From a virus: a DNA stretch of 52,215 nt. The translations under genes were made by a program, and so were the position numbers. Under the pieces are notes generated by a model. It saw only the letters and a list, made by a program, of their open reading frames with translations, was not told the DNA's origin and ran no database searches. Within the stretch, counting starts at the first letter, position 1. The number at the start of each line of letters is the position of its first letter. Below, piece after piece: positions 33,879-42,846 of this stretch. The DNA lies in IMG/VR virus record IMGVR_UViG_3300045988_073749. One strand, given 5' to 3'.

Positions 33879-34868
33879 TTATAGCAGAATTTCATAGGTG
33901 ATGCCGGTAGTCGGCGCGGACTTCGCGGCTCTGGTGTTGGCGGTATGGGAGACGGACTTCTCGGTGTCGCTTGCCTCTCGGATAATGCCGTCAAGGACCT
34001 TGGTAGCGGCTTTCATGGACGCGCTCGCGTCCTTGAGGGCCTTTAGCCGGGTCCCGCTGATTTTCCGACCGGCCTTGACTTCGGCGGTGGCCGCCTCCAA
34101 AAAGGCGTCCAGGAAACCGGCGGCGTCGGTGGCCTGCTTGTAGTCGGTGATCGTCGCCTCCGGGTTCATGGCCCAGGTAACGACGGAGACCTCCCACAGC
34201 TTGACTTCCCGCAGATGCCGGATGCCGTTTTCGTCGTAGTCAAAGACGATGGGGTCATATCCGATGGACAGCTCAGTGAGAACTCCATCTTTCAGCAGCA
34301 CTTTGATGTCGCGTCCCATCGAAGTGTCGCTGATTTTGGCCTTAATGAAAAGGCCGTTGCTGTCTTCCCTCAGCTCCAAAGGTCTGCCAATGGGGAGCCA
34401 GCAGTCGTTGTGCAGGGCGAGTATCTTCACCCTCTCCCAGCCTTCGGCGATTGTCTTCGTGAAGGCACCAGGCTCAATTATGTCCCCGCCGCTGTCGATG
34501 TTGCCATAGACCGCAGCGTAGCCACTAAAGATGCCGCTCTCTTCGTCGTACTCTTCGGTACGGAAAGACAGGGTTTTGTGCTCCGTCTTGGAGCTTTTCA
34601 CTTTCACCCCTCTACGGAGCGAAGCCTCCCACGCTTTCAGGCCCCGCCCGGAGGCATAGTAAAACGGCGAGACCCGCAGATGTGCCGCTGCGAGCTTCGC
34701 CGTCATAACGGGGTCATCGTTGGTAATATTCGTGTCCGGGCTTGCGGTGCCGTGCTCAAGCTCCGCATTCATCCCGGCTGTCAGGGCTTTCAGGTCGAAC
34801 CGCTCTTTCTCCAGGTCGATACCCGCAGATCGGGCGGCCTCCTGAGCCTGCATCTCGGTAAATTCCAT
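33879..34868 (-). CDS. Prohead protease (HK97/S78) with an N-terminal DUF5661-like domain
   Basis: ...GYAAVYGNIDSGGDIIEPGAF...ELSIGY...; N-terminal LEHGTASPDTNITNDD...AAHL. Confidence 0.8.
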   Translation of the reverse strand: MEFTEMQAQEAARSAGIDLEKERFDLKALTAGMNAELEHGTASPDTNITNDDPVMTAKLAAAHLRVSPFYYASGRGLKAWEASLRRGVKVKSSKTEHKTLSFRTEEYDEESGIFSGYAAVYGNIDSGGDIIEPGAFTKTIAEGWERVKILALHNDCWLPIGRPLELREDSNGLFIKAKISDTSMGRDIKVLLKDGVLTELSIGYDPIVFDYDENGIRHLREVKLWEVSVVTWAMNPEATITDYKQATDAAGFLDAFLEAATAEVKAGRKISGTRLKALKDASASMKAATKVLDGIIREASDTEKSVSHTANTRAAKSAPTTGITYEILL

Positions 34869-34880
34869 CAGGCGTCCTCC

Positions 34881-37118
34881 TTATTTGTCGAATGTCAGGA
34901 AACAGTGACAGTTCACGACCTCAGCGGGGTCCGTACAATCCGGGTCACAGGGCCGCATTAGGCCGTTTGAGAATTTGGCGTCGATAGGGACCCGCTCACC
35001 GTTCAGGCGCTTGTGGGATGGTCTGGCGGCGCTCATGTTGGCAACGTGCCAGGTCTTCCAGGCGGCCCCGGCCTTTCGCATCATGTCGTAGTGGCCGGTC
35101 AGGAGCGAGGTATTGCACTCCTGGGTGGCGATGGTCCGCGCCCTGGATGCCGTGGTCTGCATCTCCTGTTCAATCTGCTTGGCGATGGTGGCCCGGCTGT
35201 CTCCGTGCTCCAGTCCAGCGGAGACGATACGGGCGATGGACTGCTGGGTGGTCTCCGTGATGCCTTTGACCCGGACGCCGCCCCGCAGCTTCGCCGTGCT
35301 GATAAGCTCCGGCCTCTGGACCGCCTGGAGGTTGTAGAGCTTGGCAGACACCCCAGCGCCCTTGTCGTAGCTCTCTTTCCACAGCGGCTCAAAGATATTC
35401 AGCAGGGCCGTTTCCTCCTGGGGCCAGTCGATGAGGCCCAGGGTAAAGGCGCTCACAAGGCGGGTGCGGTCTGCCTCGCTCAAAGAGGACCACGCCGCCG
35501 CGCTCTGCTCCGCCGCGCCCTCGCTGTTCGGGTCATAGCCGGGGATGGCCCCCATGAGAATGTCCCAAACGCTCCGCTCATCCTTGGTGGTGCCGCCCAT
35601 GGCGTCACTCACCCGGCGGCCCTGCTCCCGCAGATATTTGAGGGTGGCAATCTCAAAACGCTGGGTTTGCTCCCTCTCAGCTTGCAGCAGGGCGCGTTGT
35701 GCGGCCTGCACCTGGAGGTTTTTACGCTCTTCCGGGGACGTACCCTTAGAGGACACGATTTCTATGCCCTCCGCGCCGTCTCCCGTCCCCTCTGAGCCGT
35801 TTTCGGCGTCCAGGGGTATTCCGTTATCCGTTATCTCAATGTCCTGCTCTCCGCCCGTCTCAAGCGGTGGTGCGCTCTCTGCATACTGGAGGTTGGCCGC
35901 CGCCGTGGAGATCGCCACAGGGTCATCGTCTTCCCGGATGTAGACGTCGGAGAACTGCGTCTTGTAGACATCGCCGCCCACCAGGGCCGGAGGCATACCC
36001 AACTTCTCGCGGGCCTCATCCTTGGTGAGTAGGCCAGCATTCCAGCCGTCTATGCCCAGGGCCTTGTCAAACTCCTGGTTCCGGGGAATGATGTCATCGA
36101 AGCGCCACACCAGGTCGTTTCCGAAATACGGGATGATCTGGTTGTTGATGGCCTCTTCCCGGCGGCGTAGGTTGGGCATGAGGACGTTTTGGGCATAGAT
36201 GAACTGAGCCGCCTCCGACGTGGCCCGGTTGCTGCTCTCCGTGATACCCATAATCTCACGGGGGACGCCGAAGTGCTCAAGGACGGCATTCCGCAGGAAT
36301 GTACGCCCGTTCACCATGTCCATGTCTTTCATGCTGTCTCCGACCTTGTTTACCGTGACCTCGCCGTTGACAGTAGCGACGCCGTGGCTCTGGAACACTC
36401 CCCGGAAGCGCTCAAGCCATTCAGACCGGAAGCGCTGTCGCTGCTCCGGGGTGGACTTGGGCATACCGATGATGAGGTTCGGCGTGGCGTCGTTGAAGAA
36501 AAAGCGCTTTTGGAACTTGGCCGCGTATTCGTCGGTCTCAATCTCATCTGCCAGGGCCTCAGCTTGCCCCAGGCCGCGCTTGAATGGGTCTATCGGGTTC
36601 AGGTCTTTCATCACGAACATATCATCTACGGACACGTTCATCAGCAGACCGTTGGTGAGCCGGACGGTGTAGTACGGGTGGTCCAGGTACGGGGTCATCT
36701 GTACCCAATGGACAGGGACCGGCCACAGCTCCACAGGGACGCCCAGGGGCGATTTCTCCATGATGAAGTACCCCTCGCCCTTGAGCTTGAGGTAAATCTC
36801 CAGGAGCCGCCACAGGGCCGCGTTGCTCATCTCATGCAGCGGGTTTGGGTTCGCCCAAAAGTCCAGGAACGGGTGATGAGTAAGCTCCTGTTCGTCTCCG
36901 TTCTCATCCACCCGGTAGAGCTTTCCCTCCGCAAAAGACAGATCGGAGGCGATGCGCTCCACGACGGACAGGCGGGGGTTGGTGTGAAACGCGTCTATCC
37001 ACTCCTGAGTGTTGCGCTCCGGCGGGTTGGTCCACCTGGGCAGCATAACGCTGTCGCTCCGGTAGGTCTGGCTCGCCCTCCCCGCACCACCCCCTCTAAA
37101 TCGGTTCCAGAATGGCAC
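34881..37118 (-). CDS. Portal protein fused to a Mu F/SPP1 gp7-like minor head domain
   Basis: 745-aa single ORF; C-terminal ...HKRLNGERVPIDAKFSNGLMRPCDPDC...VNCHCFL. Confidence 0.8.
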   Translation of the reverse strand: MPFWNRFRGGGAGRASQTYRSDSVMLPRWTNPPERNTQEWIDAFHTNPRLSVVERIASDLSFAEGKLYRVDENGDEQELTHHPFLDFWANPNPLHEMSNAALWRLLEIYLKLKGEGYFIMEKSPLGVPVELWPVPVHWVQMTPYLDHPYYTVRLTNGLLMNVSVDDMFVMKDLNPIDPFKRGLGQAEALADEIETDEYAAKFQKRFFFNDATPNLIIGMPKSTPEQRQRFRSEWLERFRGVFQSHGVATVNGEVTVNKVGDSMKDMDMVNGRTFLRNAVLEHFGVPREIMGITESSNRATSEAAQFIYAQNVLMPNLRRREEAINNQIIPYFGNDLVWRFDDIIPRNQEFDKALGIDGWNAGLLTKDEAREKLGMPPALVGGDVYKTQFSDVYIREDDDPVAISTAAANLQYAESAPPLETGGEQDIEITDNGIPLDAENGSEGTGDGAEGIEIVSSKGTSPEERKNLQVQAAQRALLQAEREQTQRFEIATLKYLREQGRRVSDAMGGTTKDERSVWDILMGAIPGYDPNSEGAAEQSAAAWSSLSEADRTRLVSAFTLGLIDWPQEETALLNIFEPLWKESYDKGAGVSAKLYNLQAVQRPELISTAKLRGGVRVKGITETTQQSIARIVSAGLEHGDSRATIAKQIEQEMQTTASRARTIATQECNTSLLTGHYDMMRKAGAAWKTWHVANMSAARPSHKRLNGERVPIDAKFSNGLMRPCDPDCTDPAEVVNCHCFLTFDK

Positions 37119-37120
37119 GG

Positions 37121-37294
37121 TTATTCGCCTCCCTCGCGCTTCGGCTTTTTACCGAGCACCTGGGAGACAGCGGGGTTTTTGGGGCCGCCGGTCATCTTCT
37201 GCCAGCGGCGCCGGGCCTCTGCCGCCGTATTTGCCCGGATGTACTTCATCGGCCAGCCGTCAGCCGATACAAGGTAACTGCATTTCGCTTTCAT
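37121..37294 (-). CDS. Small hypothetical protein (57 aa)
   Basis: ATG 37294 lies 5 nt after AAGGAGG. Confidence 0.45.
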   Translation of the reverse strand: MKAKCSYLVSADGWPMKYIRANTAAEARRRWQKMTGGPKNPAVSQVLGKKPKREGGE

Positions 37295-37304
37295 GGTGTC
37301 CTCC

Positions 37305-38741
37305 TTAGTCAATGCTCCAGTCGCTTACCAGCGGGTCATGCAGGGCCAAGGCCAGCGCGTCTCCCATATCCGGGGAGGACAGGCCGCGCTTTTTCATGGC
37401 CTCTTTCTTCTCCAGCTCAATCTTGCCAGCGCTGTTTACCACGTATTTCCGGTTGGAAAGTTGGCTTATCTGCTTATCATCGGGATATAGCTTGATGCTC
37501 TGCGTCCGCAGGGCCTCCCGGACCGCGCCCCACATAAGGCCGGTGCTGTTCTGGTAGTCGATAGGGTCATCGTCGCTGATGGTGCCGCCCTCGCCGCCAA
37601 AGTGACACTCCACGATGTCCAGGGAGAACGGGGGCGGGGCGTCCTCATCGTCTGCATACCGGCGGTCTCGCTGGGCCTGAACTTCCTCCACGATCTGCTC
37701 CCGCAGCTCCATGAGGCGGTCAAAGACGCCGACGCCCAGGCCGTCACAGTCGATTTTGACGTGTATCTCTGCCCAGGGCTGCTCCAGGGCATAGCGCTTG
37801 ATGAGCTGGACGGCCTTGCCGCTCAGCTCCATGGTGTCGTTGTGGTGGTATATCTCCGGCTTTTCCTGGAGCTTCTTGTCTAGGACAGGGGATAGGACGC
37901 TGCTGTCATCGCCGTAGCGGGCGACGTCAATCCCGATGTCCACACGGGCCGCCCGGTCAATCTCCGGGGCCTCGGCCTCGCTTGCCCGCTCCGCCCACTC
38001 CATCGGTATGAAGCTGTCAGGCAGGGCCTTGGGGAACTCCCCGGCCACACGGACCCGAAAAACGTCGCTGTCCTCACCAAACATATCAATGATGGTGTCG
38101 ATGAACTGCTGATCTACTCGGCTGCTGTCCCGCCCATCAATGTGCATGGCGTTGTAAAGCTCGCGGGACTTGTGGTGGCTGTCATAGAAAAAGCCGGTAA
38201 TCTTCGTGGGGTTCCCACACATTACCAGCTTTGCACCCTCCGTAGATAGTGCGCCGAGGACCGGCTCGAATATCTCATCTCGGACGCCGGAGGCTTCGTC
38301 GATGATGTAGAGCACGTGCTCTGCGTGAAAGCCCTGGAGGGCGTCGGGCTTACTGGCCGTCCGGCCTACCGCGAACCACTCTTCCGGGTGGCCTCTCATG
38401 TAGACCTTTTCCTTGGTCCATATCAGCTCTTGAGACAGAGCCGGGTTACTGCGGAGCCATTTCGCAATCTCGGCCCACAGGATGTCCCATAGCTGGTGCT
38501 GCGTAGGAGCTGTGCAGGGAATTTTCGGGTACGGCCGGGTGGTCAGGAACCAGATCGCAAGCCAGCTCTCCACCGCGCTCTTGCCTATACCGTGTCCACT
38601 TCTCACGGACGTCATGGGGTACCGGGCCACGCTGTTCAGGATGTCCCTCTGGTTGGCGTCCGGCTTGGCCCTGATGACGTCCTCCACAAAGTCCACCGGA
38701 TTGTCGGCATAGTAAAGGATGGCGTCAGCTGTCATTTTCAT
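37305..38741 (-). CDS. terL: Terminase large subunit
   Basis: ...VRSGHGIGKS (Walker A-like)...; size and position; ATG 38741 overlaps the terS stop. Confidence 0.85.
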   Translation of the reverse strand: MKMTADAILYYADNPVDFVEDVIRAKPDANQRDILNSVARYPMTSVRSGHGIGKSAVESWLAIWFLTTRPYPKIPCTAPTQHQLWDILWAEIAKWLRSNPALSQELIWTKEKVYMRGHPEEWFAVGRTASKPDALQGFHAEHVLYIIDEASGVRDEIFEPVLGALSTEGAKLVMCGNPTKITGFFYDSHHKSRELYNAMHIDGRDSSRVDQQFIDTIIDMFGEDSDVFRVRVAGEFPKALPDSFIPMEWAERASEAEAPEIDRAARVDIGIDVARYGDDSSVLSPVLDKKLQEKPEIYHHNDTMELSGKAVQLIKRYALEQPWAEIHVKIDCDGLGVGVFDRLMELREQIVEEVQAQRDRRYADDEDAPPPFSLDIVECHFGGEGGTISDDDPIDYQNSTGLMWGAVREALRTQSIKLYPDDKQISQLSNRKYVVNSAGKIELEKKEAMKKRGLSSPDMGDALALALHDPLVSDWSID

Positions 38742-39240
38742 TCTGCTTCCGCCTCCTCTCCCAGGCCTCGGAAATGACATCAGCAAGGCTCGTGGAACTG
38801 CCTTCCTCTCCACGGTCCGGGTCGGTCATCTGGACAATGTCCTGGCGGTTCTCCCGCTCCAGCTTGGTGGCCTCCCTGATGAATGCGACCAGGTTCTTCG
38901 GGTCGATGTCCTCCGCGTCCATCTTCTCCAGGGCCTCCATGGCCTTGGCCTGCAATTTCAGAGCTATGCCGATATGCCGGTCCGCCATCTTGCGGGCCTT
39001 CTTGACCGCCTCCGCATGGGCCTCCTTCTGCAAGTTATTGTCGTAGGCCCGGACGCGATCTTCCCACGCCCAGGTGTCCTTCCAACGGCGTATGAGAGTG
39101 TAACTTTTCCGCAACTTGTCCGCAACGGCTTGAAGTGTGCGCTTCTCGCCCATATCCCGGTAGATGACGAAGGCCTCAAAAGGCTTCTCGCCCTCCTTGT
39201 CCTGGCGCTCCCACGGCTTCGTTTCGCTGCGTTTCGGCAT
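38725..39240 (-). CDS. terS: Terminase small subunit
   Basis: ...PFEAFVIYRDMGEKRTLQAVADKLRKSYTLIRRWKDTWAWEDR... Confidence 0.75.
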   Translation of the reverse strand: MPKRSETKPWERQDKEGEKPFEAFVIYRDMGEKRTLQAVADKLRKSYTLIRRWKDTWAWEDRVRAYDNNLQKEAHAEAVKKARKMADRHIGIALKLQAKAMEALEKMDAEDIDPKNLVAFIREATKLERENRQDIVQMTDPDRGEEGSSTSLADVISEAWERRRKQNENDS

Positions 39241-39264
39241 TTCACTCCTCTCCTTACGTCTGGG

Positions 39265-39960
39265 TTATTTCACGGCAATCCACCCGCAGAAATTGAGGCA
39301 GCGCCAGAACATTTGTACCCGCCGGAAGCCCGCCTCCTTGAGCATGGCTTCATTCCACTCGGGCTCCAGAGGGGAGAGGACGTTCTCAAGGCTCCGGCGC
39401 TTCGCCATGATCTGCTCGTCGGTGTACCCGTTCTCCCGCTTCATCTGGTAGTAGAGGTCCACCATCAGATCGTCCAGGCTCCCGGCCACAACCTTCTCAA
39501 CATAGATCAGAGCGCCGCCATCGACGATGCTCTCGCAGATCTGGCGCAGCATAAAGCGCCGGTATGCCGTCGGCATGAACTGCATGGACAGTACAGAAAG
39601 AACCAGGCTCGCCCGGTCCTCAAGCGGAAGGAACTCCCAGAGGTTTCCCTCCTTCACCGTAACAGCAGGTTCGAAGCAGAAGCGCTCCCGGCAGGCCTGC
39701 GCCATGGCCGGTGCGTTGTCGATCAGCAGGAAGTCATTCTCGTCCCGATGCTTGGTGACGAACGGCTCCACAGCCAGGCCGGTGGAGCACCCGACATCAA
39801 CGATGAGGGTGTCGGGCTTCACGAACCGCTCTCCGGCGTTATAGACCAGGGCTCTCATAGATCGGTAGTCCGGGATGCTGCGCTCCAGCATATTTGCGAA
39901 ACAGGCAGCTACCTCGCCGTTGAACTCCCATGCCCCGGTAGGATTTGTGTTGTCTCTCAT
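39265..39960 (-). CDS. cmoA: CmoA-like carboxy-S-adenosyl-L-methionine (Cx-SAM) synthase
   Basis: End-to-end resemblance to E. coli CmoA as I recall it: WEFNGEVAACFANMLERSIPDYRS, VDVGCSTG, IDNAPAM, ENGYTDEQIMAKRRSLENV, CLNFCGWIAVK. Confidence 0.7.
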   Translation of the reverse strand: MRDNTNPTGAWEFNGEVAACFANMLERSIPDYRSMRALVYNAGERFVKPDTLIVDVGCSTGLAVEPFVTKHRDENDFLLIDNAPAMAQACRERFCFEPAVTVKEGNLWEFLPLEDRASLVLSVLSMQFMPTAYRRFMLRQICESIVDGGALIYVEKVVAGSLDDLMVDLYYQMKRENGYTDEQIMAKRRSLENVLSPLEPEWNEAMLKEAGFRRVQMFWRCLNFCGWIAVK

Positions 39961-41504
39961 GTGCTCTCCTTTCTCGGGATGGAGATGCCGAGGCGATGCT
40001 CAAAGGCCTTGCGGGCCCGCTCGGACAGTCCCATGCGGGTTCCGTCCGGGTATGGAAGCTCGAACTCGAAGTCCAGGGCAGCGCCCAGGGCCTCCGGGTC
40101 CACGATGGGCTCCGACACCTCCATGTACCAGAATTTTTGAATCATTTCCAGCCGGTCAACCTTGCGGAAGCACGGGGCGAAGATTTCCCGCATCTCCTCC
40201 TCGGTGTGCCCCTTCTGGGCCTTCGGGTGGTTTCCGATGTCTCCCAGGATGGTGTTGGGCTCGTAGTCCAGGTCGAAGGTCAAGGTCTTCTCGGCCGCCA
40301 GGAACTTCTTCTTGGTGTTCACGAACTGCGGGGCCTTATTGCTCTGGCACCAGCAGACCGTCCGGCCTCCAGGCGAACACAGGGCGGCGGCGATCACCGC
40401 GATCTGCTTCCGGTCTGCCATGAACGGAACGCTATTGAACACGCTGGAGATGAATACGGACGTGAAGGGCGTCCCGGCCTCCACATCGTCGAGGAACTTC
40501 TCTGCGATCTCCACGCTCTTTGCCTTGTGGATGTTCTCGCCCACAGTCACGAAGTACGGCTCAAAGGCGGCCACATGGATTCCGGCCTTCCGCAGCGTGC
40601 GAGTGTTGTTCAGCTTGCCCGCTCCGAAGTCCACGACGCTGGAGCCATAGTGACGGCGCCACGCCTCCAGGGCCGCGCCCTCCAGCTTGCAGAAGTCCCG
40701 GCCACGGTTCTTCGGGAACACGCCCTTGAAGAAGCCATCTCCCAGGGCTGCGTTTCCTTCGGCGTCGGTCTCTCTTGTGTTCCGCTCCCGCATGAACGAG
40801 TTGTACCGAAGATCGTCCGCGTAGGAGGCGATGTCGAAGTCCATGGACAGCAGGTTCAGCATGGCCGTTGCAAAGGCTTCCTGCTCCTTGGTGACGACCA
40901 CGCACCGGACAACGGGCCGCTTTGCCTCCGCTGCCACCTGGAGGCGGCCGATGCCGTTGATGACGTTCTCGCTTGCGCCGATCACGATGGGCATGGCCGT
41001 ACCGATGCGGCGCTCCAGGCTCTTGGCGAGCTGCCGGGTGTGGGTGTCAAAGCTCCGGTGGTTAGCCTTGGCGAGCTGGACGGTGTCCCGTCGGTGTAGG
41101 CAGAAGACGCACGGGAACGATTCTACGGTGTCCGGCGTGATGTCCGGCAGGCCGTCCACCATGCTTTCCACGTCCATCTCATAGAGGCGGCGCCGGATGA
41201 TGTCGCAGGTGTCTTGCTTCTGGAGGTCGTTGGTCGCCCGGTTGAACAGGACGTTCACGGCCTTCCGCTCTCCCAGGTCCTTCCCGCTGACATACTCGAC
41301 CGGAATCTGGGTGAAGCCCATGCGGGAGGCGACAAGGTGCCTCTGGTGTCCGCTCAAGATTTCCCCGCTGCGGTCCGCGTAGATCGGCAGCAGGAAGCCC
41401 AGCTTTCGGAGGGACAGCTCCGTCAAGGCCAGGCGCTTTTCATCGTTCCGCCGGGGATTGTACTCCGAGGCGTGAACGGATTCGATGGGTACCAGCTCAA
41501 TCAT
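39957..41504 (-). CDS. ParB/Srx N-terminal domain (plus a second degenerate ParB-like segment) fused to a class-I SAM-dependent methyltransferase fold
   Basis: ESVHASEYNPRRND...ILSGHQRHLV; ...VINGIGRLQVA...; SSVVDFGAGK (motif I), HVAAFEP; start ATG 41504, trimmed from track ORF 39957..41804. Confidence 0.6.
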   Translation of the reverse strand: MIELVPIESVHASEYNPRRNDEKRLALTELSLRKLGFLLPIYADRSGEILSGHQRHLVASRMGFTQIPVEYVSGKDLGERKAVNVLFNRATNDLQKQDTCDIIRRRLYEMDVESMVDGLPDITPDTVESFPCVFCLHRRDTVQLAKANHRSFDTHTRQLAKSLERRIGTAMPIVIGASENVINGIGRLQVAAEAKRPVVRCVVVTKEQEAFATAMLNLLSMDFDIASYADDLRYNSFMRERNTRETDAEGNAALGDGFFKGVFPKNRGRDFCKLEGAALEAWRRHYGSSVVDFGAGKLNNTRTLRKAGIHVAAFEPYFVTVGENIHKAKSVEIAEKFLDDVEAGTPFTSVFISSVFNSVPFMADRKQIAVIAAALCSPGGRTVCWCQSNKAPQFVNTKKKFLAAEKTLTFDLDYEPNTILGDIGNHPKAQKGHTEEEMREIFAPCFRKVDRLEMIQKFWYMEVSEPIVDPEALGAALDFEFELPYPDGTRMGLSERARKAFEHRLGISIPRKEST

Positions 41505-42177
41505 TTTCCAACAGCCTCCTCTTGATCTCCGCCTCGATGTCCGGCCCAGAGAAGATGCCGTCGTCCATGATGGTGTCCACCAGGCGCTTGTAGGCGGAAT
41601 ACTCGACCTTGAAGGAATAGTGGCCGATGCGGATGACCGTGGTGTTGATCGTGCCCTCCTCGGGAGCGTCCTCATCCTCCGGTTCATCATCCTCGGGTTC
41701 CTCCTGGTCTTCATCCTCCAGGTCGTCCAGGTCCTCGGCGTCGTCGTCGGCATCCGGCTCATGGGCGTCCTCAAGCTGCCGGTACAGGCGGACTTCCGCC
41801 TCATCGAAGCCGGTCTCCCATTCCAGGACGTCGTCGTCCCGCAGCAGATCGCCCAGCTTGTCGGTGTCCCACCGGCCGTCTATCCGGTTCAGGGCCAGAC
41901 AGAGCTTCTTCTCCTGGACCTCATCGGGCTGGTCGATGATGGAGCACAGGGCCTCGGTGAGGCCCATGTCCCGCATAACCGCGAGACGCTGATTTCCGCC
42001 CACGCACCTCATGTTGTGGATGTTCACCACCAGGGGCTCCACCACCTCATGCTGCTCCAGGCTGCGGCGCAGGGCGTCATACTCCGGCGTGTCCCGCTCG
42101 ATCGCCACCCGGGGATTGTAGGGACACTCGACGATGTCGGCCAGGGGTATGGTCTTGAAGGTGGTCTTATACTGCAT
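41497..42177 (-). CDS. ParB N-terminal domain protein with a poly-acidic middle region
   Basis: IPLADIVECPYNPRV...VGGNQRLAV; DADDDAEDLDDLEDEDQEEPEDDEPEDED. Confidence 0.65.
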   Translation of the reverse strand: MQYKTTFKTIPLADIVECPYNPRVAIERDTPEYDALRRSLEQHEVVEPLVVNIHNMRCVGGNQRLAVMRDMGLTEALCSIIDQPDEVQEKKLCLALNRIDGRWDTDKLGDLLRDDDVLEWETGFDEAEVRLYRQLEDAHEPDADDDAEDLDDLEDEDQEEPEDDEPEDEDAPEEGTINTTVIRIGHYSFKVEYSAYKRLVDTIMDDGIFSGPDIEAEIKRRLLEND

Positions 42178-42775
42178 CGAAAAGCCTCCTTTTCAGCTCC
42201 GCACAGATGAGCTCCTGCGTAAAGCCCACCGCTTCGCGCACGTCAACCATGAGGTCCGCGAACTCATCTTCGGTCAGGCGGAAGGTGTAGTCGCCGACGA
42301 TGCACTTGATACCCTCCTTGTCGTCCTTCTTCTTGTCCGTGGTGGGCGGGTCGTCATCGTCTCCAGCGCCCCCGAGGTCTCCCAGCAGCTCGTCGATCTC
42401 CTGGCGAGTGAAGCCGGTGCCCAGGAGGTCGGCGCTTTCGTCCTGGAGCTCCTGGAGGAGATCCGCAAGGCTGCCGTTATCCCATTCGCCGTCCAGCTTG
42501 TTCATGGCGATGCAAAGGGCTTTGGCCTGGGCCGGGTCCATGTCCACCACGACAGCCTCGGTCTCCGTCTCGCCAGAGGCGAGCAGCACGTTGAGCCGCT
42601 GGTGCCCGCTGATGAGGACGCCGTCCCGCAGGTTCACCACCAGGGGAAGGACCAGGCCGTTGTCCTCGATGCTTGCCGCCAGGGCCTTGTACTCCTGGTC
42701 CTTCTCGGTCAGGGTCACCCGTGGGTTGTATTCGGCCGGTTTGATGTCGGCCAGTTTGATGGTCTGAGTTCTCAA
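42167..42775 (-). CDS. ParB N-terminal domain protein
   Basis: IKLADIKPAEYNPRV...LISGHQRLNV; TTG start after AAAGGAGAGAGG. Confidence 0.65.
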   Translation of the reverse strand: MRTQTIKLADIKPAEYNPRVTLTEKDQEYKALAASIEDNGLVLPLVVNLRDGVLISGHQRLNVLLASGETETEAVVVDMDPAQAKALCIAMNKLDGEWDNGSLADLLQELQDESADLLGTGFTRQEIDELLGDLGGAGDDDDPPTTDKKKDDKEGIKCIVGDYTFRLTEDEFADLMVDVREAVGFTQELICAELKRRLFDAV

Positions 42776-42802
42776 ATACCTCTCTCCTTTCTTAATTTTG
42801 GC

Positions 42803-42834
42803 ATGAAAAAAGCGGGGCGCTTTCGCGTCCCGCT
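42803..42834 (-). terminator. Rho-independent terminator after the first gene of the late transcription unit
   Basis: AGCGGGaCGC-gaaa-GCGcCCCGCU followed by UUUUUUC. Confidence 0.65.
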
Positions 42835-42846
42835 GGTGGGCTGTGT

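Noticed and set aside
35099-35124. Additional GTGCAA-containing inverted repeats inside coding regions (35099-35124 in the portal-MuF gene, and ~47818-47836)
   Set aside because: The loops are long or the stems only 3 bp, and they lie within ORFs whose codons explain them. They were not counted in the hairpin family.
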